DNA of 61,872 nucleotides, filler included, from Choristocarpus tenellus KU-1152 (taxonomy: Eukaryota > Protista > Phaeophyceae): the NCBI GenBank assembly GCA_964200185.2. It is 9 parts of 9 records of this genome, joined end to end, with 100 filler letters (N's around TTAATTAATTAA, not from the genome) between each part and the next. Parts side by side here need not be neighbours in the genome. Positions count along the whole stretch, not along the records: positions 24,909 to 28,223 come from CAXNAD020020865.1; positions 28,324 to 32,757 come from CAXNAD020014570.1; positions 32,858 to 61,872 come from CAXNAD020000114.1; 6 more parts are not named here. One strand, given 5' to 3'. This document shows, in pieces, positions 26,458-37,589 of this stretch. The position numbers and the translations under genes are program-made. Under the pieces are notes generated by a model that searched no databases, was not told where the DNA came from, and saw only the letters and a list, made by a program, of their open reading frames with translations. Within the stretch, counting starts at the first letter, position 1, and each line of letters begins with the position of its first letter.

Positions 26458-28145
26458 ATGGGGCGAATTGTGGACAGCATACTGAGGGCTTACGCGGAGG
26501 GAAAGCCGACGGTTTCTTTCGAGTTCTTCCCTGCCAAGACGGAGGAAGGGGTGAACAATCTTCTGCAACGCATCGAGGTGACTTTAAGGAGTGGATCTGG
26601 GGAGTTGCCATGGCCAAAATTGCAATGGGAGGAGATTGTGGTACTTGTGAAATGTAGTCAACGCTATGATAGAGTGGAGTGCAAGGAGTTCATTTCTCGC
26701 AGAGCGTGGACGAGGCTCATCTCATCTTGCTTACCCCAGACTTCCAGTTTTTCTGTCCATGATTACGAAGCCTTGTGTCACCACCCCGCTTCAGTCTCTG
26801 ATACCTCTTTCTACCATTTTTCCGAAGAACGATCTATTGGACCCTTTCTCCATTCTACTTGATACATCAACAGGATATGGGACTCGCTTTTCAACCCACA
26901 TTCGTGACACTAACGTGGCGCTCTGCATTCACGGATGAGAGCCTCTGGCTCAAGATCGGGGCAGTTGTACAGGTATGCATAGAATGATGACTATACGTGG
27001 TGCTGATGGTCCACGTTTCATGATGGTAGGGGAGTCAAGAGGGAGATGGGTTGCTTTGTTAATGATACAAATGTCCACTGGTTGCTCAATTTCCTGGTTC
27101 TTTGGGTGATAGAGGACGCCGCCTATTTTGGATTGGAGGTCCACAGTCAGGACCAGACAATAAAATATGACAGACTACTGGTTGAGTACGCGGCACCGTC
27201 TACACTCCTACTTCTGCAATGATTGCGCCACATCAACCGCTGTGAACTCTCAAAGAATGAGAAAAGCTTGGGTATCCATCCCTAGCATAGGTGTTAGGGC
27301 CAAGGTAGTTGACTGCAATTAGCAAGAGAATGGGATCTTTTTCAGGCCCCAGTCATGTGTAATCTCCACCTCTGCCTCGACAACCCCAAATGATGTGCCC
27401 TTGATTGTCAAGCCCCTGATCTTTTGCACTGAAATCGAATTCAGGAGGAAGTAAGTACTGTGAACTGCAGATGATAGTAAGTGTACCTTTAGGGTTAGAG
27501 TCAGTCTTAGGGAAGAGTATGTGATTAGAATGTTGAAGAGAGGCAGGGGTGGGTGAGTGAGCGAACTGCCGAGAGACTCTTCCGACGTCCTTGACTCTGC
27601 TCTCTGTGGACTAACACGAGAGACAGTGTGCGGTCAAGATAAAGCTCAGCATACTATTCCCAGTCAGAGAGAGATTGGGCCCTCCATTGCTACAGGCAAT
27701 CATACTTACTAGTGCTCCGCCCAGCTATCACCCCCCCTCCCCACCTCACCTAGCAGACACAAGAAGCACGGCCTTGCACACCCTATTCTAGTGCAACAGT
27801 CAAGCACTACGCCCTTGCTTTGCACCCTTCTGCTTACTTCCCGTCCATCCTCATGTTGACCCAATCAAGCACCATGACCCAATCAAGCACCTTTGAACGT
27901 GCCTTACTCACTTGGCTCCTCATTTTACTACGAATCCTCTTTACCCCCCCCCCAAACGTTCCCCTGAAAAATGCTGTGGGGGCTTTGTTCCTGTATATAA
28001 GAGTGCTTTTGGCGTTGACATTCTTCTGCACTTGACTTGCCACCTTCCGAGGGACGACCTGACCAGGATACTCCGGAATGCTAGGAAAGCTGGGATACAA
28101 AACATCCTGGCCTTGAGGGGTGATCCACCAATAGGAGAAGACAAG
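26458..28145 (+). CDS. MTHFR: Methylenetetrahydrofolate reductase, 5' part (exons 26458-26577, 26874-26972, 28002-28145)
   Basis: SFEFFPAKTEEGVNNL, PTFVTLTW, LLHLTC and AGIQNILALRGDPP motifs; three phase-0 exons with canonical splice sites; truncated by the contig end. Confidence 0.93.
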
Positions 28146-29499
28146 GTCTCGTGGGAGTGTGTGGGGGGGGGGGGGGGAATGGGTAAGAATAGGGATGAGG
28201 GCAAGGAATATGACATGAGTAGGNNNNNNNNNNNNNNNNNNNNNNNNNNNNNNNNNNNNNNNNNNNNTTAATTAATTAANNNNNNNNNNNNNNNNNNNNN
28301 NNNNNNNNNNNNNNNNNNNNNNNCCCAAATGGACAGCCGCCACCCCCTCCCAGATACTTTGAGCCTCAACGTCTGAGGGCATGGGGTCAGCAATTTGGTC
28401 GGCCTGAAAACGAGTAGAGAGGTCTCTTGCATCCTGATAGAGACAGAAGATACTCAAGAATGGGGATGCAAGGAGCAAATAATGCTTTACAAAGTCAACA
28501 ACTGTTGGGTAGCGTTTGTGATGATGATGCTTAAGGAGAGTTATAAATTATTTCGATCAACAATGAAATTGTGCGAAAACATACAAGCGAGTGTACATTA
28601 TCAAAATCAAAATTGCAGACGAGATCAATAAACAATGTTCGCAAACTTTTCCTCCTTCCACACATTCTGCTATGATTGGAATTATTGCTCACGACGACTA
28701 CAGTATTCCAAGTTCACACACTAGGACGGAAGATGTTGGTGACTCCACTCATATTACGATATGACATTGACCGTACGGCCATTACATCATGTCCAGTCAT
28801 CACACCACAAAAAAATGAAATAAACGTATCTCACGTCTTGAGTCTTCATCACTACCCACTGGTAAATCTTAATCTTCGTGTTTGTCGAGGTCAAACTTTG
28901 CATGATGTATATTTCATTGTAAGGGAGACATGATGCAATGAACAGCCACCTCTAGCACGCACGAGTGCTAATGTGCCCGGTGATAGGGTATCTTCACCAC
29001 CGTATGTATACATCCACTCATGCGAAACGAGGAGAAAGATGAGAGATTAAAAACATTTATAGTATGATAAATATGGATGTAAACGCCCACTAACATGTAT
29101 GTATGTAAGTTTATTTGGAAAGGATTTAAAGACTTGGAAACACGAGATGTGAAGTCAAGCAACTTCGGGTTTGCACCATCAGTACTCTCGTGTTGCCAAT
29201 GGAACAGAACTTTAACACCAGGTACAAAAACGGAGAACGCGACGTTGGTGTCACGTTGTTGACTCTTAGGGTGCACATAGAGGTTCGGACGTGCCAGCTC
29301 AAATACAACCTGCGAATTATCTTGGTTTTCTTTTTCAGAAATATCATCTGGATCAGCGTTAGACCTAGGGAAGATATACATTAGTAGGTAAACGAGTTTA
29401 CCTGGAAAAAAAAAGTTAAAACGATTTTTTTAATGCAACGTAGCACTAAACGCTATGTTCTGGATTAACTGTACGACAGGCAGTATTGATGCTCAGTTA

Positions 29500-31720
29500 C
29501 CTTCAGCAATGCAGATATTCATTGCTAGGATAGAATGAAAAGTAGCATGTACTCTCTCTAACACAGAATTTCATTGAGGGTGGTATGGTGTGTGGTCTTT
29601 TTTTTCTAATAACCAAAGATAGAGACTGCAACTCTGCAACGATGCTGTTTTCAAATTCGGTACCTTGATCAGAGTGTAACAATTCGGGTGGTCCGAAATT
29701 GAAAATACCAGTTCAATCAGCATACGAACAATTGTTGGGGTCTGTTTGTTTGGAACAGAATGCAGCACAACAAGACAAGTGAAGTGATCAACGAAAGCTA
29801 GGACGTACGAGCACAAGACACCATTTGGTGTTGGGGAACGTATTTGTACTCTACTAAATTATTAACAACACATTGAAATGATCTGTCAACGAGTATGTGG
29901 CTAGTGGGAAGCGTAGCTGTGCTATGAGCATTCTTACACGTTTGAGCATGCCTGAAATATGTGTCCAAACTTAGACTCCTGAGTGAAAGTGTCTTAGAGG
30001 GTACGAGTTTTGCCCTGTTTGTCCATTTGGGGCTTGGCTTCCCACGGGTATTTTATGACATTTTACCTACCCCAAAACGTTTCAGAGTAGGTTGTATATA
30101 TACGACATCAAAATGTGTGTCTGGAACAAGGATATTGACACTTCCTAACAAGTACAACAGCCAAAACTACATCAAAATCGCAACATTAGATTTTGGCCCC
30201 CAAATGGACGCGGATCTACCCTCTAAGATAATTTGACTCCCTGCCCCTTGCACGATTGCTCCGGATCCACCGTAGGAAACTCAGTAGTGGAACTAGTAAA
30301 TAGTTCACGATCACTTTGGATTGGCTTTGCTTGGTCAAGGTTAGAATCAGATGACTTTTATTCCTTTTGAACACGTGTGAAAAATGCACGAGTACTACTG
30401 GGTACATTACAACATATGGGTGCCAACATTAGGTGAACGGGTTCCTCTTCTTCCTCAAACTTGAAAATATGAGATTAGTGTCAAATGTTACATTTTGCTT
30501 GCCAGACATGCGCATGAAAATGAAATCACAAGCTTGGAATGCAATAGCCTAACGAGTAAGCATGTTACTGGTTTCTTGCATTCTTCATCATATTACAAGT
30601 AACACAATGCGGCATGATCTGTAATACACGTAAAGTTTCTCCCCGTGAGATACGGTTGCCAGTGAGTGATAGCGGTAACAACTGCATAACACTCTCAATA
30701 AAACTGAATAGCGACATTAAGCTTCGTTGAAGTTCTTGCTGAAGCAAGGAATAGTGCCTTGGTCATTAGGATTATTGGATTGGGATTGTGCTAAAATGCC
30801 TCCAGCACCACTCCCACTGGCATCAACATAGACGATGAACTCGTTAGAAGAGTCAGAAGATGCAAGAACTGGGACTGAAATGAGTAATCTTTTGACCTTG
30901 AAAAATACCACATCCTGGTCCATTCCCCATTCTTTAGCAATGCTCTTACTGACACCTTCCATAGCATGACGAACTAGCAATCCGATTACCGTGGCTAGGT
31001 TGGGTATAAATGTTCACATAAACTTAACCATACCTACGACAGATCGAAGCTCTTTGATAATGGTTGGTTTAGGTAATTAAGTGCTGGCACGAACCCGATT
31101 TTCACCATACGAATCCTATCAGACGACAAAACGTCACCCAAATAACGTCTTTAGACATCTTTAGACTCAAAATGAATCCTTGACGGTTTCAAGGTTAAAT
31201 CTGCTGCTTCCAAAGCTCCAAACTGCTGCTCTAGTAAGTGTAACTATCCTTCCCATATGAGAGAATAAGCAATGAAATAATCAATGTAAGCCAGCAAGCC
31301 ACTAAGTGGGCCAAAATTAGCAAAGGCTGACAACATGATTATTTGAAATTGCCAAGCAACATCAATGGGTGCCTCTTAAAATATGGTTGCCTCTAAAAGT
31401 GACAAACAGTCTTACCAATATCAGCTTCAGCCACATGAATTTACCAGTACACACTCTACATATCACAAACGCCGATGAATTGACACCACTCACGGTATCA
31501 ATATGAGATTCCATACCATGCATAGGCCAAGTCTGTCTAACGAGATATTTGTTAACAGTCGAGCGATAGACTAGACGGAAACGTGGAGAGTCGTCAGACT
31601 TGGCTACGACGGTAACAGAACTACCCCACGGGCTGGCACGTTTTTGAATGATGCCTTTTTCTTACATAGTGTTAACACACGAATCAATCATCTTTATAAT
31701 GACGTCATGAGCAACGGATG
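29500..31720 (-). mobile_element. Degenerate Ty3/Gypsy pol (RT-RNase H-integrase)
   Basis: KKGIIQKRASPWGSSVTVVAKSDDSPRF (RT), VPVLASSDSSNEFIVYVDASGSGAGGILAQ (RNase H), YVLAFVDHFT (integrase), in Gypsy domain order, with many stops. Confidence 0.88.
29981..30239 (+). mobile_element. MITE family GAG inserted in the Gypsy remnant
   Basis: TIRs present; CCT/CCT flanking duplication. Confidence 0.88.
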
Positions 31721-31761
31721 ACGTAATGGGGAAACAACAATAAACGTAATAGGGGTACTCA

Positions 31762-32395
31762 CAGATGCACGATCAGCGCCCTACCGGGACAAAGGCCTTC
31801 TACTCGATATTACGTTCGCGGAAGTACAGTAACCGTCCATCTCCAACACTCCTCCACCAGAAATGGTGTAGCTGCTGCTGCAGCTGAGGTGCTAAAGCAC
31901 ACCCACTACGAGGGCTCATTTGACCCTCATAGTTATAACCTTAGCCCCTTCGCGGTGGAAAGGTCTGGGCGCCTCGGCAAGCAAGCGGAACATTTCCTGG
32001 ATGAGCTAGCTACACACATGGTAGGGGGGAGAGGAACTGGAGGCTACAGTAGAAAAGGAGCCATCAAATTCCGCCTACGCCAGATAGTCTCAGTCACAAC
32101 GCAAGTAGCCCTACCTCTATAGACGGGTGATGGGTTTAACCTGAAGTCACCAGGGAGATGGGCAAGGAGAGGTTAGATTCTTGGGATGCTTCCCTACCTC
32201 TTCACCCTAAGTTACAGGAATAGATTTGAGACAGAGGAAGTCAGTAGTATAACATAGTAAAATAAGAAATAGATCAACATTTTTCGCTTTTGTGACAACT
32301 GTTACTTCTTTTGGGATTTTTCACACATGTAAATAGTTTTCATTAGTTTTTCTACATCTGGAAAATGTTATAGAGCAAAATAATATGAATAATAA
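31762..32395 (+). mobile_element. 5'-truncated non-LTR retrotransposon (RLE endonuclease C-terminus plus 3' UTR)
   Basis: LLLDITFAEVQ...KHTHY...LSPFAVERSGRLGKQAEHFLDELA, typical of restriction-like-endonuclease LINEs (CRE/R2-type). Confidence 0.8.
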
Positions 32396-32489
32396 ACCTC
32401 TACAACGGATTAGTCATCTTTCAGTTCTGGCGGAGAAAAATGGATTTTGTGTGTGTGTGTGTGTTATACGAGGAGTGAAAACAATAAGA

Positions 32490-32757
32490 AGTACAGGGGG
32501 ACAGGTACGGCAGCACACGCCAATGGTGAAACGCCTACACCAACTATGCAAGGGGATGGGCATCCCTTGCACCACGGAGGACGGTTGCCCTTTCACTGTG
32601 GACCGAAATCTTCGCATGGATCTGGTGTTTCACGCAGGAGCACTAGCAGATGCTGGAACTGCTCCCTACAGGGACAAATGTCTCCTCCTGGACATTACCT
32701 TCGCAGAGGTACAGGCCACCTCCTACCTCACCCATTCACCCGCCAGCAACGGTGTAG
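32490..32757 (+). mobile_element. Second fragment of the same RLE LINE family
   Basis: QH...E.......RMDLVF...LLLDITFAEVQ; similar to 31762-31860; cut by the gap. Confidence 0.78.
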
Positions 32758-33573
32758 NNNNNNNNNNNNNNNNNNNNNNNNNNNNNNNNNNNNNNNNNNN
32801 NTTAATTAATTAANNNNNNNNNNNNNNNNNNNNNNNNNNNNNNNNNNNNNNNNNNNNTGACTGTCATATATCGCACATCATCCAGGCATAAGTCAACAGT
32901 AGGCATAGGGAGGGGAAAAGGGGGGGGAAAGAACTGAGATCACTAAAAGGAAATAAATGATACAGAAGAAGATACACCCCAATTTCTCTTAGGTAATTGC
33001 ACATACTCTAATGCCACAGTAGCATGCCTTAGGTAAGAATAAAATTATTGGGTAACAGAAGTCTATCGTAAAGTAGGTGCACTTACTCGCAATGCATCTA
33101 GCTGTAACTCAGGTGTCACCATCATAACCATGAAACAAAGTCATACATTCTTCCATTATCTGCAGCTCCTAACCCAGGTATGTGCTTAATGGGACATACA
33201 GAAGTATGAGCAAAAAGGCACCCAAACTTCAAAAACATGCTTCAGAAATAACCGTGGGGGAGAATAGATGGAAACATTCACAAGAAATCGACCTAAGTCG
33301 CTCGAAGTTGTCATCCCCTTGTCCAGACAACCTACCAGTTCACAGAAAAATCCCATTCGGTTGAGTTATTTCCCCTCAATGATCCCCACTCCCCTCCACC
33401 TACAATCTCTGCCCTGGATCTCTATGGATCATACACGATGATATCAACCTTTACTACAAACTCAGCCACATATTCCGATCCAGATACTCTAATACTCCAG
33501 ACTCCAACCAAGGGCTCAAATCCACAATGTCATCAAGCACAAAATTTCCCACTGTTGTAGAGTCAGTTTTCAC

Positions 33574-36500
33574 CTGGAATGAGTCGCTGATCTGGATACG
33601 TCTAGCTGTGGCCTCTTTGCTAATGAGTTCCTTAACTATGGCCAAGCTGCTCACGCTATCTGATCTTGCTATTGCCTCCCCCCGCCTGTACTCCACACTC
33701 AAAACTGCTCCTGTGTAGACATTACGGAAGTGGACTGTGGCCTCTTCCCCAGATGGACTGATCATAGGACCAGCAGACCGCCCAGGGGTTGCAGTTGGGA
33801 GTATATGCAAGGTGTTGGGAGATGACTGGGGGTGATCAAATTGAGAGGCAAAAGGTAGGGGGGGTATCAGAAATCTGCTGAGGTTCACCCTCAACTTGGA
33901 ATGCGACCACAAGGACATGCAGGGCGTTCAGAATGGGAAAGACATATCCTCGGGGAGCTAAGTTCTAGGTCAATTGATTAGATACTGATTCTGATCCACT
34001 CTTGAGAAAGAAGTACCTCAATCTTGAGAAGGTATGTTGCCTTTTGAAGTCCATCTTCTCCAAAAAACCAATCACTATCAATCCGAGGCAATAGAAACTG
34101 GTACTGTTTGTATTTAGGCCAGATGCATAGTCTTACCGGGGGGGTAAGTCGGGGAGACACATCCCTATCCAATCGTGCATTACAGCCATGCTGAAAGATC
34201 CTCTCAGCTTGAGAACATTCATCGGTCGGTCGGGCATGGACTCATCCGGGGAGTTAAGTCGGTGGTGCAATGACAGCGGCTTTACAGGAAAGTGTATCAC
34301 CTGCAACGCATTGAGTCAAATTGTTGTCAGAAAACGTTACAGGTGTTGTGAAACGATTCGGAACTTCAAACAAAATATGCCAGCAGTCCTCTCATATAGT
34401 ATTCCAGGATAAAAATATTTCCATCGGGGGACACAGGGTGTACAATATACTGATTCCACCTAGAGCACCCTTCCTTTAGCACTTGTATTAATGTAATAAG
34501 TTAGTGATACTTGGTAATAGCAGGAATTTCATCTTCCTCTAATACCTCACGCACAATCCCAACCACACACAAATCTACCTAATCAATACCTCAAACCTCT
34601 GCCATCAAATACCCCCCTACCAGTCGATCCTACCCCCTTGAGACCTGGGCAGTCTTATTGGAAGGTGTTTTAGCAACCACGGTCAGGCATATATCTCCAT
34701 AATCCCCTTCGGTTGTGCGGGTTTTTATCATCAATCGAGTCATGGCCTCCTGGCAACGATATGTTGCACAGATGCCATCTCCACCCTCTGGGGACAAGGA
34801 AGTGATGCTGCATATTGCCTGGCCAAGAAAGTCAGAGATAGGTCAGTTGGATTTTGTCTCTAAGGCAGTAACAGCAGGGAGAAGAGGAGAGAGATTTTAA
34901 AAGGTGAATAAGATGCTGAGAAAGGAAATGAAACCAGACAGAAGCAGAGGAGGGGTGGGAGATATGTACCAGATCGAATTTCTAACTATTGTATACTTGT
35001 GGTAGACTAAATGAGGATTTGAATTGGTGTATGATAAAAAAAAATTGCAGGTGTCGGGGATGTTTCAAGGAAAATTGATCCTTTGGCTCAATATTATGTA
35101 TTCGTGAACACTTCGTTTTTCAGTAAATAGTCCTCTTTGTACAGTTCCAGTATCTCTTACCACATCCATCATTCTTGACACCGTTGATATAACAAATAAA
35201 TTCACGTAATGGAAATATAGGCCAGGGTTCTTTCACCGACCCTACGTAACATACGATAGTACTTTTTCTTTGCAATATATCTATATACTGTGCAATGAAC
35301 ATACACATCTACAAATGATGTCCAAGAAAACTTGAATTTTTCTGAGGTGTTTCTTGAAGAAGGTACTAACTACTGCCAACCCAGCTACCAACACCCACCT
35401 GCCCCATGTCCTCCTCAGAAGTGTCAATAAGGTCCATGAATACATTCGAGTGCAGCAAAACAATATCAAGTGGTACTGGAATCTCAATGCTAATGCGATA
35501 TGCTGCCTCAAATGGATCCAGGTGGCACGCCCTGATCACCTGATACCAATCCAGGTATGTCAGCTTGAAGGGAAAGGAGGTAAACAATGACTGGGGAGGA
35601 GACAGACACGGGCAAGTTAGAAACTGGAATTTGAGTTGCGCGTTGGGATGTTTTGTCATATCAGTTGAGCACCTGGAAATGGGGTGTCGCAGGCATGTAA
35701 CTGATTTCTCCATGATCGCCATTACCATGCTCCAGGTGATCCAGTCTCTCTTTCTCATGGTCAATCTTCTTCTCTAAGGCCTTGACAAAGTCACACAAAC
35801 AGTCGTTCAATAGTCAAAAGTCAAGGATTAGTGCCAAGGATGCCTCATAGTAGAGAGGCATAGACAGATCAGATATTAATTAATTTTTTGCCTAGGCAGC
35901 ACACCCCTAGGCAGAGGGATGCAAAGGATTTGCAACCACTACTTCCATGTGAACAAGCTCCTATCTACCAACATGGCAAAACATAGCATAGACCATCTCA
36001 TCATTCCAACGCTAGCACACCTACAAATTCAGGTATTTAACATTAATATATATATACACGGTTTACCAAGGTCTTGAGGTACTTCTTTTTCCTGCTGATG
36101 AACATCCCAGTCCAGAGATATTGCACCCATACTAATAATGCCTCTGATGACTTCGAGATCCAGAGTGGATTATTGCCCCTCTGTAGTTATTCTCAATCTA
36201 GAACTCACCTCTACTTCCTTACGCAATTGTTTGAGACGGTTTTGATTGTTAACACCTCCTACAGTACGGCCAAATGTGTCTCCCGCCTCTGCCTGCAATA
36301 TAAAAGGGAAAAAGACAGAGAAAGGTGGTAGGGGTGACGTCTCCCGCAAACCAGAGGGCACGATACCGTTGCCAACAATTGGATCAAATATGACGTAGAG
36401 AAAGAGACAGCACAGAGGGAAGCACAGAAAATGCTTTATTCAATGGCAAATCTGGTGAGCCCCTGAAAGACAGTACCCATAAGGAGGAATGAGACAGCGC

Positions 36501-36869
36501 ACGCATTGGCTAGAGTCAATGCTACACCAAAGGAAGCTTGCTATGTACCCAGACACCCCCTCCACTTTGGTGACACACTTTGGTGAAGGGTAAGACCAGC
36601 ATAGTTTAAGAAAACAAATCTCTTACTTTGCACAGTTTGTCCCTCCGCCATCTCAAACCTAGACTACCATACATTAAGAAGCACCAGCTCACCTGTTTCA
36701 GGGACTCAGTGGTGAGTGCACAAACCCTCCCTCCAAACGTGGCCATAACTACATCTAGGTACCCAGAACTGCTTACACACCCTCCCTCAATAGATCTAAT
36801 GCTTTCCCCAAGCTGTGTTGAGAATTCCTCTTCCGGCTGTTGACTCTCACCTCCTTTGAAACGGTATAC
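33574..36869 (-). CDS. BBS7: Bardet-Biedl syndrome 7 protein (BBSome), seven internal exons: 36869-36693, 36292-36209, 35780-35673, 35539-35399, 34818-34645, 34300-34137, 33757-33574
   Basis: All exons in phase with GT-AG sites. Motifs ESIRSIEGGCV..GYLDVV, ATYRCQ, VKPLSLH, RPMNVLKLRG.FS and YRRGEAIARSDSVSSLAIVKELISKEATARRI match the central/C-terminal part of BBS7. Confidence 0.92.
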
Positions 36870-36928
36870 CTGGATGGGGGGTTGGGATTAGGGCTATCTG
36901 TGTCCACAAGCTGCAGAAGATTGTGTTT

Positions 36929-37191
36929 GAGTGAAAGTATCTTAGAGGGTACGAGTTTTGCCCTGTTTGTCCATTTGGAGCTTGACTTCCTATGGGATTT
37001 ATTACGACATTTTCCTACTCCAAAGTGTTTCGGAGTGTAGGTAAAATGTATACGTTATGCAAAGGTGTGTCCAGAACAAGGATATCGACATTTCCTAACA
37101 AACACGATAGCCAAAATTACATCAAAATCGCAACATTGGATTTTGGCCCCAAATGGACGGCCCGGCCCTACCCTCTAAGATACTTTGGCTT
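36929..37191 (+). mobile_element. MITE family GAG between BBS7 and the POL5 3' end
   Basis: TIRs present; no clean target-site duplication (gttt left, tcaa right). Confidence 0.88.
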
Positions 37192-37589
37192 TCAAGCCCC
37201 TACTCAGATCATGCATCACTATCCTGGACCACATTACTGAGCGGTGCTGTACTTCACGGTAGTCAATCCGACTACTCACAGGCATGTCACAAGATGCATC
37301 ACATTCAATGGTGAAGTCTTGTTTTCGTTGTAAACAACAAAATTAAACTCAGGCAACTTGGATCACTATTACACTATGCCTTCATGTTCAATTCTTATTA
37401 TAGCCAGTCAGGCCTTGGATCCTCCAGCACAAAGTGGGCAATGTCTTTACTGCATTGCAACTATAAAACAAGAAAGTAGCGCCCACAGTCAACTCCTGTA
37501 ACAAGCAAACTCTGATAATATGAACCACATTGAGCGGCATCTCTACCACAACGCACAACAGTTTTTCATTTGCCAAGACCTTACAACCC

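Noticed and set aside
6806-36869. Functional cluster of P4H, MTHFR and BBS7
   Set aside because: The genes are on different contigs joined by artificial linkers
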